A DNA stretch of 64,000 nt from Hyphochytrium catenoides (lineage: Eukaryota; Protista; Hyphochytriomycota): NCBI GenBank assembly GCA_900088475.1, contig FLMG01001956.1, positions 143,876 through 207,875 of the forward strand, read 5' to 3'. How positions within the stretch are numbered: the stretch's first letter is position 1; each line of letters opens with the position of its first letter. The notes under the pieces are model-generated. The model made no database searches. It was not told where the DNA came from and was given only the letters and a program-made list of their open reading frames with translations. Positions 1-12,741 of this stretch are shown here, one piece after another. The position numbers and the translations under genes are program-made.

Positions 1-596
1 GACCTTTCAAACCCCCTCCAGGAGTAGTCATTGTTACCTCTGAGGCGGGTAGCGTTCGAGCTCTTTTCTAGTAATATCATAGCAGATTGATGAATAACCC
101 GGGCCTCATATCCGAGACTTTGCTGGCTCGATATGGTTGACCGCTAACGTGCTTCTATGTCGGGTTGACGTTGGTGGTGTGTAGGAGCTTTCTGAGTCCA
201 AAGTGATGCCAGGCAAGCCTGATGAGTCATTGATGGAGACTGACACTCTCTGCAAGATGCAGAGTAGAGACGCAGTGATGCTCCGCTGGGTCGGGTCTCA
301 ACGTCTCGCCACCCTTATTATTTGAGAATGTAATGAGTGTGGCCCTTCTCTCCAAACCCGCGAAGGAACATAAGCACTCCAATTGACCAAAGGGTGACTG
401 GTTAGGTAAAAGAACTAGTAGCTTGAGTTCGAGGGAGAACGGGACTTGGAAGCCGATCTCGAGGGCAACTCTCTCCTCTGTCCACGGCGGCTCTTGACCT
501 CTCTGCTCAACGATGACTATGTTATATACCATGAGCTAGTACATTACCAGGTAGAGGGAAAGCGTCACAGCCTATCCCCGGCCACTAGTCTTTACT

Positions 597-2019
597 ATGG
601 AAGGTGAGGAAGAGTGTGACATAGCTCTTGCCTTCTCGTCCCTAGTAACCGTGGCTGATATGGCTGAAGCAGAGGTCAGTCTTGAAACCTCTTTTCGAGT
701 AAAGCGAGGCGTGGACGCACCCCCTGTGCCGCCAAAAACTGCCTTTTTCCAGCCCACATTGGTGAGGGTTGCAGCTCCTGCCCTCCAGGAAGCGCCACGG
801 ATTGAAAGCTTAGCAGGCACCACCCTGCCTTCGTGGCAGCTGGAAGAAAAATGGCCAGCCACTGCGGAAAACCGGGAAGTTCTCAGCATCTTAGAGGGAG
901 GAGCTGCGTACATTCCCTTGGTCCTGTCAGTGGTTATTGTGACAAGCCCCATCCCTTCGAACCCTTCAACGGAGATGATAGAGTTCCTTCTTCAATCTTT
1001 CAACTTCATACCTGGACTTCAAGACTGTCAGAAGTTCATAATCTGTGACGGCTTCCGCGTGGGGCACGCCATGAAGGCCAAGGCAGGAATTGTTGCCCCT
1101 AACCAAGCCGAGCGCTACCTGGAATACATTCAAAGGTACGTGGTTGTGTTACCTGAGAAGCGGGATAAAGATGCCCCTTATAAAGGCGAAGCCAGCTGTT
1201 GCCCCTCATAAGACGAGAGACCAGGGTGTATGGGCTTGTTCCATAGAATTCCGACAAGAAGAGGGATACCAGGGGACGGCGGGTTTGTGGGTGTGCGGAA
1301 GAGGAATATCAGTGCACCACAAGAGAAGAACACCGAGTAGAGAGAGAACCTCGAGTTAGTTCACTTATGAGCCCCTCGTCCTTTGATCTTGCTGGCACAG
1401 ACTTAAAGATTATGTGGAGAAGACAGAGAATCTCCGCCAATCGACCTCCATCATTACATTACCAAGCCGGCAGGGCTTCGGATGGGCTGTCCTTTCCGGC
1501 CTTAAGCTTGTGAAGACTCCCTATGTCATGGTGGTACAGCATGATCGAGCGTTTTTCCGATCCTTCGATCTACTGGGCACGCTTCGGGCTATGCAGAGGC
1601 ATCCAGTAGTGAAATATGTTAAGCTACTGACCGGGTCTACAATCAACTATCAGAGAAAAATGAAGCACAGGTATCAGTTTCACCTAGAGCCCATCAAGGT
1701 AGAAGCGGAGTACTCTTCTGCTTGCGATGACAAGAGCTCATTAGGCAGCTTTCATTTGGTTCCGCTGCTCTTTTGGTACGACAGTACGCACATCTGCGAG
1801 GTTGATCACTATATGAAATGCGTCTTCAAACGGCGGCTCGTGAAGTGCGGAGACTTTATCGAAGATACCTTTGGGCATCGCATGTTGGACGACATCAAAC
1901 AGAACGGGGTGCCCGCCCATGAGAAGTATGGGACCTTTATTTATGATGATGGGCAGCCTGTGGCCATCGTGAAGCATGTGCATGGACGAAGATTTATTTC
2001 TTCTGATGACTGTGAGTAG
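597..2019 (+). CDS. Putative GT-A fold (nucleotide-diphospho-sugar transferase-like) protein, 2 exons (597-1135, 1401-2019)
   Basis: ORFs 597..1211 and 1414..2019 join in frame through a GT-AG intron 1136-1400 (CAAAG|gtacg...gcacag|ACTT), giving ...EYIQRLKDYVEK.... Motifs LSVVIVTSP, IICDG, RQGFGWAV..GL..VKTPYVMVVQHD resemble the GT2-like N-terminal strand and DXD-equivalent. Family assignment is inference. Confidence 0.65.
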
Positions 2020-2260
2020 GCGAAGGACCTAGATGCATTCCTTGCATGTTGAGAGACGCCCATTCCTCATAAACTCAAGAGCTTGGTGTCTTCCTCAAAC
2101 CATCCATCCATTGACCCCTGGAGTTGTCCTTCCCAAATGTGCCCTGTCAACAAAGAACTGCTTCCAGCTGGCCAACGACAAAGCATGAGCACAGCCTCAA
2201 GTCTTCCTAAACTTCCGCTGTATCTTCGCCAAAACATATTGCTTTGAGGCTCTTACACCC

Positions 2261-5200
2261 TCAGCTCCCTAAGAAGGCATCCAAGGACGCAACTTTGACA
2301 TTTTTTGTTGCATCGGGGGAGATGTTAACGGGAGACGTAGGACCCTCACCCAAGCCTTGGGTGGCAATTGTAGGAGGGCTAAACTCTGTGGCCCTCTCCT
2401 CAATCTTTTTCTTTTCCTTTTCCTTAGGCTGGAGAGTGTGCAGCAAGAGGAAAACGCGTGTATTGAGTATTGCGCCAATGGGAGTAGCAGTGTTATTCGA
2501 GCTATCGCCTATTACCTTCTTCGATCCCTTGCTGAAGATGCTCCTTTTCACCTTCTTCTTTTCAGTGGCCGCTGGTGGTGGGCTAAGTGGCTCAGGCTCT
2601 ACACCATACGAATATTTGCCCTTAGGCACTCCGTCCCCACACTTGAGCTTTATCTCCTCAAGCAGACGCTATGGGTTCAGACAGTTAGCACATACTCCGC
2701 ACTGCGAGAGTGAATCACATGCTCAGGATTAGGAAACAAAGAAGCTGATGTCATACATGGCGCTCTCCTTTCTCTACATCTGGACGTAAAGGAAGCAACT
2801 TGGATGCAATTTCCACAGCCCTCGGCCCGAAATCTTCCACGAAGGCATTGACGAAGAGACTGGAAAGACTTTCGTGAAGTCGACATGTTGTTGGAGTAGA
2901 GTTACGAGCAACCGAGAGGGCAAAGGGGTGAGCGGGAAAACTGTAGCATTGAGTCTAAATTATCTGCAAGGAGATAGTTTGTATCTAACAAGCGATTGGA
3001 ATTGCTCAAACCTCGAGAAGAGGAGCACTTACTCTAGAGTGTCACGGGTCATCAAGTCTTTCACAGATTCCAGAGGATGCATTTTGTCAACTATCATCCC
3101 TGAATTGCGCAATCCAGCGAGCTGCAGTACCGCTTCATAGCCCTGGAAAAAGCTCAGCAGGATCTGACCCAGTGTCAGGCAATATCGGAACAGAGAGAGA
3201 GAAGGTCAGTTGGTTCACTTTAAAAGCAGTTCCTGGTTCTAAGATCTCTATTCCACGACACCTGATAGTCTGACTCTATGATGTGATGGAATGGAGATGT
3301 TTTAGCAAAAGCTCCTTTCTTGGCCATAAGCGTGTCAATGTACAAAGTAATAGACCTACGTATGGGACCAATGTGAGAGAGCTATTGTCGTCCAAGCGGG
3401 AACAGATGAGATCAACAGCTTTGATGCACAAGGCTGACGCGAATTCTTTACCATACGTAAGCATTTGAAGCGGAAGGCATTATCATTTGGAAGCGGAAAG
3501 AGGATCAAAGTTAGAGCAGGGGAGAAAGGTAAAGGTGGCACATACCTCTCCATAAACTCCCGCACTAGTTTTGAGAAATAGATCTCTGTGGCGATCCAAG
3601 TTGAAAAGTCTTGAAAGTAGTCCCGGATAGTCTCCTGTAAATAGGTTCAAGTGATAAGCCTCGCGCATTAGGAGCATGGAGCAAGACGTGTAGTGCCAAT
3701 ACCGTCAGGGTTGACACAAGTGGCTCGTTGTTTTCCCAGGTAACAGTGAACAACTGGTCAAAGACGGCCTGACGAGCGACACGTAAGGGGGAAACACGAA
3801 GAATTAGCAAGACAGAGCGGACCAATGCATGTCGATTGTTCCTACCTCCTGTGCTTCAGCCATCACCCGGTTGCAAAGGAGTCGCAATAGCGACACCGCG
3901 GTCTTAACGTATGCTGTGGCATAACCAGTAGTAAGCTATAGCTCATCTTCGTCATGCTCCATACCACTCCCATATATATCCTCCGTGCGGGATAAGCTCT
4001 CTCCACCTCACACCTCTGATTATTATTCCCCGCGGGTGAACGTGGATGAAACGAAAAGCACGTATGTGGAACTTACTTGCTGATGTTTCATCCAGGGCTT
4101 TTGTCAACCTCTCGTTCTGTTCATCATCCAACTTGTCTGCTACAAGATCCATGATCTGAGGCACCATGTTCTACAGAATATGCACCGATTGCATGGATGA
4201 GCAACTCTAGCCATGATTCTTGTCCGTCTTTAAGTTAAAGCATGGGCTTATCTACAAGGTCTTTGCAGCTCACCTGGAATCTTTCTGTATCATTTAGGAT
4301 AGCACATAAAGTCTCTACCTCAAGCGTAAGCAGAGCTTGCGAGGCCAATTTACTCTGTTGCGTCTGTTGCATCTCCCACATCACCTCACAGCAAGCCTGA
4401 GGTGTCACTCTGTCAGCACATGGGAGGCTAGAAGCGATATCTGGCAGAAATGGTTGAAGTGCAGAGTTAAATTAGGTCATACCTTGGCGACGTCAGCCAG
4501 GTGCTCGCCCGACAGGCGGTCCCGGCCAACATCAATCTGTACAGTGACGAACTTGAAAGTGTCTTCGGGAATGGTTGTGAAGAGCTTTCCTTCGTTGTTT
4601 GTCTCTACGTTGTCCTCTCGGTTGTAGATATTTTGAAGCCATTCTCTTAGCTTCGACTGCAGAAATCCAAGTAAAAGGAGGCAAAAATATTTTAGGCTCA
4701 ACCCTCATAGGTCTGGAATCAATCCCATCCTACCTACCCTACCCTAATGGGAATAGTAGATAGCCTACCTTCACTTCCGTCAGATATCTGCTCATTAGTT
4801 GGCTGGTAGAAGCAACCAGATCTCCAGGTTGAAATGCCGGGTTGTACCTCTTCATCTGGTGACGAGAAACGTCGTTGTGTTGTGAGGAGTAATATCTATG
4901 AGTGCAAGCCTCTGGACGTTCCAGGTTACCTCGGTGAGGTAGTAATCTAGCCACTCAACAAGCTGTAGAGTGTCTCCGATATCTAGAGTATCCTTGCGGT
5001 CCAGTAAACCCTTTATCTACAGCAAACCCACAATTAGAAGAAGACGCCCATGACGCTTGATGAAGACACGGTCCTTACCTGTCCGTAGAGAAGTGAAGCG
5101 TACTCCTCGCAGTATACTCTTAGGATTTGATAGTCTTCGGGGAAACATGGAGTCATTTCGTTTTTCACGATCTCCAAGTCCATCATAATCTTGGTTGCGG

Positions 5201-7015
5201 TGCTGAGCGTCGATGGCACTAGAGAGTCCTTTGGATCTCGTCGCTCCTACCATATAAAAACGGAAGATGGGAGGACGACGCAAAGCAAGAAAGAGGAAAA
5301 TTAGAGGAAAATTAGAGAAACACCCAGTTTCATATGATCTGTTGGAGTCTATGTAAAAGGACGAGATAATGGCGTTTGAGAAAAGTAACTGGTAGTAGAC
5401 GAAGTTCCATGCCGAACATTGATGACAGACCTTCGCCGCATTAAAAGAGGAGACCACGCGCTCATCAATGCTTTTCTTGATAACCCGCATGCATTCCTCT
5501 CTGAGGTTTTCTACGGGTGCGTTCTGCAAGGAAATACTTGTTGGTACATGGGTTTAGGTATAGCTATTTGCTTGTGTTTCAACCTAACCTCAATGCTGGG
5601 GACCGAGGGAGATGTCAATACGCCGTCAGCTTTGTTTATCTCTACATTGGCATCTTCGCCTTTCCTATTTCCAAAAAGTGTCACTTAGTTCAAAAGACCG
5701 ATGCGTCAATATCCGGTTTGTAACACACTTCACGTACGTGTCGGTCGCGCTCTCGATGATCTCGATGACACGAGTCAGGGCTGCTGGGTCATACTGCGCT
5801 ACCTCGAGTCCGTTCCTAATCGTTTTCCACATACAATCTTGAATCATCGTGCCCAGCTACATTTCACGATTAGAACTATTGTCACAGAAGCAGTAGCAGC
5901 GCCAGACCTCATAGATGTCCTGAAAGTGGACCCCGAGGACTTGCAGGAGCTTCTTTGACGAGTCATGAGCAGGTGGCTTATAGCCTTTGCTGTCGAGTAG
6001 ATGATAAGCGATTGGGCCTCTGTTTGCAGAAGAGAATACTGGGAAATAAGATCTACCTGTTGGCCGTACTTTGCTTGGGCTGTACTGAAGACTTCTTTAC
6101 CTAGCAGAGAAAGCTCAGCGCTTGTACTCTGTAATTGTGCATACTACTATCTCCTTACCTCAGCCAGTACCGCATTCCGCCATTTATCAAGCTTCTGCCA
6201 CTCCACGTGCACTTCCTTCACCCTGGACTGATCGGATCTCAGGAGTTCCTTCAGCTCCTTCACCTGAGTGTATGGAAAGTATCCCAAACTGTCTTAGGCG
6301 ATGCTGAGAGGAGATCTCTGTGTTGAGAGGCTAACGCACCCTTGTCTGAATAGACTTGTAGAAGTCAACCTGCTGTAAGGCACCATAGATGTTCTTCTTT
6401 GCAGCATTTGCAGCCTATGAAGGTTGGACCTAAGTCAGTCTAGTACCACTTTGTTAAGGTAAAATTATGCATGCCTTTATTTTGGGATGCCCGCCTAGTA
6501 GGTCAGACACCTCTGCACAAAGCTTGTCAATGTTAACAAACCTGCATTTGTGTATGTTAGCTAAATAAAATGCGGTGGCCAATGACGACCTCGAATTGCT
6601 AGCCTTACGCATTAGAGAGAGCGTTAACGTCTGTCGCTGAGGACTGAATAAGTGAAACACCCCGGTGTATGTCATCCAGCTAGAGAAAGCAGAAGGAGTG
6701 TTAGTCAGGAAAAGGAAAGGCATACGTTCATTCAGGAGAAAGCGTATATGGTTTCCAGAATTTCCTACCTGTGATTGTACCATGGCATGTAGCTGGTTCT
6801 CGATCGCAGTAAACTTGCGCTGATACTCGGACCGTAGCTCTGGCACCTTAAACAAGAGGTAAGCTAAAAGGAAGGCGAATGAAGCACAATCTTGGTGCGG
6901 CAACCTTTTGCAGATCCGAGAGTTCCTTCATCCGCTTTTGCACCAGCTTTATGGCGTTCCGACGGGCTTCTTCAGTGAGAGCAGCAGTCTCTCCGACGCC
7001 TATTATTGTCGCCAT
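2261..7015 (-). CDS. SEC6: Exocyst complex component Sec6/EXOC3, ~20+ exons
   Basis: Spliced N-terminus MATIIGVG...LSDLQK|VPELRSEYQRKFTAIENQLHAMVQSQ|LDDIHRGV; internal exons WKTIRNGLEVAQYDPAALTRVIEIIE, DLEIVKNEMTPCFPEDYQILRVYCEEY and GKLFTTIPEDTFKFV match Sec6 family motifs. Last exon ends at the stop of ORF 2261..2629. Not every internal junction was resolved. Confidence 0.88.
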
Positions 7016-8150
7016 TGCCCAGGATAGATCTTTTGGAATATCACAGCAAAACCTATCGATCCGGTTGGCAGCAGGTCCCCTCTTCTAATGCACTCTGCCG
7101 GATTGGAGAGCCTTGCGGTTAAGCTCTAGCCTAGAGGAGTAAACCTGCTCTTATGGTGGCATCAGTGGCACTTGTGCACTTTCTCTCTTTCTTGGGGTAT
7201 CTGCCAGATAAGAACTGCTATAAAAACCGCAGTCAAAGTCTTTCCCCGGCTCCGTTGAGAAAGTTGAGATATATTGGTGATGGACCTCTTCCTCCGGAGA
7301 CAACCTACGAGAGTGGAGTAGTCTGCTCACCTAAGAGATTGCTAGGCATTCTCTGTCAGATTCAGGTTCAGCAGAAACGCCCTCTGTTCAGTCACCGCAG
7401 CAAAAAGAACCTGAGGACCATACGAGACATACGGCTCTCACCTATAACGAGTCTCTTGCACCCTTGTCATTCAGGGTGACCATCCTCATGAAACGTTAAC
7501 AGGGCCTTCTTCCGTAGTGAAGATCTTGAGCCATGAGTGAGGAGGGCTGATCAACAGCGCCATCCATCAACATCAGGGCGCGCGGCAGGTGTAGGAACGG
7601 CCCGATGATGATGAATGATGAAGCTCAAGATTACCCTTCGCCTCCTGTCCCATCGCCCATGCCCTGTTCCAAATACTATCCCCTTTAACTGAGAATATTC
7701 TTCATATGGACCAAAGTTAAAGTACTAGTAGAGGATCATGGAGACAGGAATCAGAGTCTGATTTATTGCTGGTTACTAATGAGGGTTTGGGTGCCTGTTG
7801 TAACCCCTGTCGCAAAAGATGTTCCCCAGGTTCCGCCATGCGATCAGAAGCTGTTCGCTATTCCTCTGCACTTGATTGTTGGCGCAGGAAGGGAAGGGCG
7901 CTCCATCACTGACCGTGCCTTGGAGGCTCACTGAGATGAGGCGTATCAGGCTCGGGGGAAGAGGCAGCAGGAGGTTATTATCATAGAGACGTAGATCTCA
8001 TTGAACTTCAAGTAAGGTGTTGGCCTTCCAGATGGGTCAATTCATATCTTTCCACTGTTTGCAGAACTGAAGAGGACACTCTGGGACATATTATAGGCTA
8101 TTACCTCCAGAAACGAACTCCGTACCGGAAGTGCTAACATCTTCAGCGCA

Positions 8151-9431
8151 ATGAATGGATCGGAGAGAGTAGTGCCTACCGAACCAGCACAGAAGAATGT
8201 AAGAGATCACTCAAAACATGTTACGGAGGACACTGACGAGAAGTTGACCCGTTATTTTGACAGCTGACCAAACGAACTGCGTCCTTTCAAGACCTTTATC
8301 GAAGGCCGATAACCCGGGCGTGGTCGAATATGGTAAGATTGGTAAGATCTCTCTAAGCGCTGAAAGGAGGCCAACTTCTGCAAACTTCAAAACACAGGGC
8401 AGTGCAGACGCTATCTATAGGGTGACTGCTGGATTGATGGCAGGGCATCACTGGCGAAACCTGGCCCTAAAGGGAAGAGCGCTACTTCATGCCGCCACGT
8501 CGCCCTTTGCTAAGATAACCCTCATCGGGCTAGTGAATGATACTATTTCCATATCTCTGGCATCCACTGTGGCGGAACTGAAGGAGGAAATATATGCAAA
8601 GAGGGGTATTGCACCTCATCAGCTAGTTCTAGTATGGAGAAAAAGGTGCGTCCTTTATTCCAATAGTGAAAGAGCTAACCTTCCAGGTACTGACGGCTTC
8701 CTTTCTCTGTAGGATACTGAAGTCCGATGTAGATAGCAACACTTTGGAAGCTCTAGGCATGAGTGAGTCTGTCAAGCTATATGTCAGTAGGAGCCTCTTC
8801 TCAGCACCCCGACCAACACCTGGCCGCATCTCTCCGAACGTTGGAACAACTCCCAGGTAACCTGCAAGGCCCACCTGCATTTGCCGGCACTGATTGGCGA
8901 AGTTCTAACCCCCGGACATTTCCCCTTTCCCTTTTCATTTGTCTAGCAAATATAGAAGAACCATTCTCCCTGTCCTCCCTCTTTCCCTCCCTTTGAATGA
9001 TGCCGACTTGGGAGCCATGAGAGCGGAACCGGTTGATATTTTGGAGCTTCTCTCTGAAAGGAGACCTAATCAGACAGAGCTTATCGCAGATGGCGCTGGC
9101 GCAGAAAAAGGTAGCAAGAGATGCTGCCTCGGCGATTGCAGAGCGAAATTGAGAATGACAGACACCATTTGTAGATGTGGAGGCAGGTCAGTAAGTCTAC
9201 GTCCCGGACGCCTCAGTGCATAAACTTAACCAGTGGACCACAGGTTCTGTAGCAAGCATCGCCTACCCGAGCAGCACCATTGCACATACGACTGTAAGTT
9301 TTCACGATGCTCTATTGGACGGATTTTGGATCATTCACTTTATCCTCTCTCACGCAGACCGATCAGAGGGTAAAAAGGTGATCAGTAGAGAGAACCCGCA
9401 AATATCGTTCTCCAAAATAGCGAAGATCTAA
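8151..9431 (+). CDS. Ubiquitin-like domain + C-terminal AN1-type zinc finger protein (ZFAND4/SAP-like), multi-exon
   Basis: UBL segment STVAELKEEIYAKRGIAPHQLVLVWRKR|ILKSD...TLEALGM; AN1 finger CCLGDCRAKL..TDTICRCGG|RFCSKHRLPEQHHCTYD|YRSEGKKVISRENPQISFSKIAKI*. The start at ATG 8151 is inferred from in-frame upstream exons. Confidence 0.8.
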
Positions 9432-9546
9432 AGCGCGTTAGAGCCAATCCCACCCAATGGAGCGCAATGACTTATTTGGCCCGAGTCGTGCACAACAGGC
9501 GACAATAAATATGACGGAGAGGTCCGGCGAGTGTGACGTCCTGCGA

Positions 9547-11740
9547 TCAACGTTGTTGACCTTTGCGCTGGCCGAACAAAGATGCGTAAAGTTCGTCGAT
9601 GTCGATGGCAGGCTCGGTCGCTGGCCGAGGGTACATGAAGTTCTGGATTTTTGGATGAACAACATAGCGAATCTTCCTGCCCTTGCTTGCCCTTCGGTCA
9701 ATCTCCTATATTTCCGGGTTTTGTAAGCAACGCGATGAAAACAGCATCAAAATGGAGTAGAAGTGCCTCTACTGACCTTCTTTGGCTTTCTCACTTTTAC
9801 TCTTAGCGCTTTTGCTTCTTCCTCAAGACCTGTACTCCCGCTTTCAATGAACTCTTTCAGAAGCTGCATGAGATAAGACCGTTGGCATGTTAACTCAATT
9901 AGTTGTATGATGTTTAACCATGAAAGCTTGCTAGCCGATTCGAATGTGTTGAGGGTGCTCACCTGATGGTAAAAGTCTGTGTCATCGTATACCTCCTCGT
10001 CTAGTCTTTCCTGTCGCCGTCTGCTTCCATGCTCCGCTACCTCGTCGTCATCATCTTCTGGTGTCACCTGTAGAAAACCTCTTAAGAGGACCGATAACAA
10101 GAAGCAAAAATAGTTCTCCCACACAATTCAATCTTGACGACAGATCTCTTACTTGCGCTTTCTCTTCCGAAACGACCTCGTCTTCTCGGCCAAAGACTTT
10201 ATATTGAGAGACCTTGGCAAAAGCACGTCGTCTGAAGCGGTCGGTATCGGCTAGTACAGCATCCACCTGCGCCATGACACTCTGATTAAGTGCCTTGAAC
10301 TTCTTGTTCATAATGGTGCCTGAGGAGAGCTATAACAAGGTAGAGGATGTTAGGGTCAGAACTTATCAGGGAATGAGGTTCATCCAAACCGACCTGGGTC
10401 TTCTTGCTCCACTTGTCAATAGTCTCATCTCTATATTCCTGGAAATCACTCTCCAACTGGCAAAGCTCATCCCATACTTCCTCGTCTCGGCAATCTAACT
10501 TCCGCTTCCGCCCCTTACTTCGCTCTAAAAGAGCATCTTTTTCCGTCGATGGACTTTTAATCTCAGGATTTCGAGAGAGGAGAATGTGTTCCAGCTCTAT
10601 GAAGTCTTCAACCAGACCAGCAATAGAACGTTGTGCCTTCTCAAACGAGTTCTTCAATGCCGCATCGGCTTCTCTAAAAAAAACATGCGTTTCGCCCTGG
10701 AGCCAATCAATGACAAGCGGAATATAACGGAAGCCACAGCGTCACAGTACGAGGCAATCAGCGAGGGTGTTAGCGCATCAGGAGACGGCCGTCGGTGGGA
10801 GGTAACGCAGAGCTCTCGTTGCAAAGGTTCTTGCTGAAGAGTTCACCTCACCTGCGGTAGGCGGTTGCCAGTATAGAGTAGCTTCTGCATTCGGACTCGT
10901 ACCTCGAGAAAGTCCTCCCACAGCACCTACACGTATTCCGAGTTACTTCATAAGGTCTCAGAAGTTAGGTAGCACGGTAAGAGACACCAAAATGAGTCCA
11001 ATCTCGACTGAAGTCAGGATAGGGCGGAGAACCAATAGAGGTGGAGCTTGACCTAAGGCGCAAAGACCCTACCCTTTGGTTTCTCGTGTGCTCCGCCTTT
11101 CTGAGGTCATTCTCAGAAGCCTTTGTTGCGCGAAAGAGAAAGGTCCTATCACTCTCCTCGAGCTCCTGCATCTGTCTGTCAATATCCGAATCTGCAGGAT
11201 CGTCTTCCTCATCTTCTTCGCTTGGACCACTCGTGCCTTCTTCCTCCCCTTCTTTCTCCTCACTCATGTCACTATCTTCTGCGAGATGTCCACCACCAGC
11301 CTTATGTTGCAGTTTCTCGCCTCCATAGTTATCATCATCACTAATCGCACTGGCAATTTCTTCATTTTCGTCAGTATGATCCTCTTCATCGTCATCGTCG
11401 TTGTCTTCACTCTCCTCGTCAAGGTCCCTTCGTGATACAACTCTTCCTTTGAATGACTTATCGAGCTCAATATCGGCAGAAGCTACTCGAAGAGATGACG
11501 GTGCTTGCAAAGTATCATCACCGCTGTAATCGTGGTCATCCAAAGTATAGTCTTGGAGCAACAGTCTGTAAGAACTCAATCACCAATCAGTTATAACAAG
11601 CTTGAGCTACCTGTCGCTCGAGTCCCGTCATCGTATGCAGAGTCCTCTGGATCGAAGTCAGCAGGTTTCGGATTTGCCAAGTCTGCTAGCTGTTCGGCTA
11701 GTGACCGCCTTTTGCTGGCCCTCTTGGTAAAAGCAACCAT
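9547..11740 (-). CDS. AATF: AATF/Bfr2 (TRAUB domain) nucleolar 40S biogenesis factor, multi-exon
   Basis: N-terminus SLAEQLADLANPKPADFDPED, acidic tract, WEDFLEVRVRMQKLL, YRDETIDKWSKKTQ, YDDTDFYHQ|LLKEFIES and C-terminal IDRRASKGRKIRYVVHPKIQNFMYP (TRAUB signature); stop TGA at 9549-9547. Confidence 0.93.
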
Positions 11741-12741
11741 CGCGCAGCGGTCTGATCTCTACCTTGCAAGCAGAGCCTCCTAAACTAAGCAGGCTTGGGA
11801 GCTGGGGTGGCGCAGTCTGTGAACTCTACGAAGCTTTTGGTGTGAGAGGCGCCCACAGTACAGCGTTCATCATCTACATGTCATCATGGCAATGCTCGAA
11901 ACGAAACAGCCTCAAGGAGGAGAGTACAGAGAAAGCAAGAAGAGTCAGAACGATGAAGCTTATCGCTAAGAAAGGAATGGCGCCGCTGCAAAGTGACGTT
12001 TGCGGCAGCATGACTCCAGGGGGAGATCTGTAAGGAGTCTCAAGAGCCGCTAACGTCTAGCATCACCAACATCTTGTCAAAGTCAGCCCATCAGCCGTCA
12101 TGAGCTGAACTGCAGAGAAAAGCTCGGCAATAAGAAAGAGCAAGGCGCCGATGAGCGAGGCGGTAGGAGGGAAGCAGCAGCAAGCACCAGACAGCAACTA
12201 CAAGCGAGCGAGTGATGCCTTGAAGATGGCACTGGTCCACTAATAAGCACAGAAAGTTGGTATAGGCTAAGCACCGATTCAAGCGCAGAAAAAAGCCCGA
12301 AAGGACAGCCAGGTCCTGGATAAAGCGAAGGTGGGGAACTGATATCAGGTTGGCCAACGCATTTGCTCAAACCTTTAGCAGAAGAAGAGCATAGGACGCG
12401 CCACAGCCAAGTCCTCTACTTTGAGGCAGAGTCAGACAGGGGAGAAGAAGAGGCAGCGGACGACAGCTGCACTGTCAATAGAAAATATGCTCATTTAGTT
12501 GGTGCTAGTAGGGAGTTAGTGCTCGGGAAAGCCCGGCAGGGTTAGCGGCAGAAATAAGTCTGCTCCAACTAACGCCGCGTTGTTGAAACCACCCAGGTAG
12601 ACCCGGAGCTTTCGACCTAGAGGCGATACCGGTGAGTACAATGCTTCAGTGGTCTACTAATTTCTAAGCACACATGGGAAGTTAACACACTGCTGATGCA
12701 GGAAAATCAAAGCCAAAGTGACGTGAAAGAGGATAGAGATA

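Noticed and set aside
185-532. ORF 227..532 (-) and a possible plus-strand terminal exon at ~185-325
   Set aside because: No recognisable motifs; strand and gene membership cannot be decided at the window edge.
4988-4995. Perfect U12 donor motif GTATCCTT on the + strand
   Set aside because: It is antisense to a Sec6 coding exon (LDRKDTLDI); chance match.
11764-12545. Several short ORFs between AATF and SPTss
   Set aside because: No consistent splice model or family motif on either strand; treated as a divergent promoter/UTR region.
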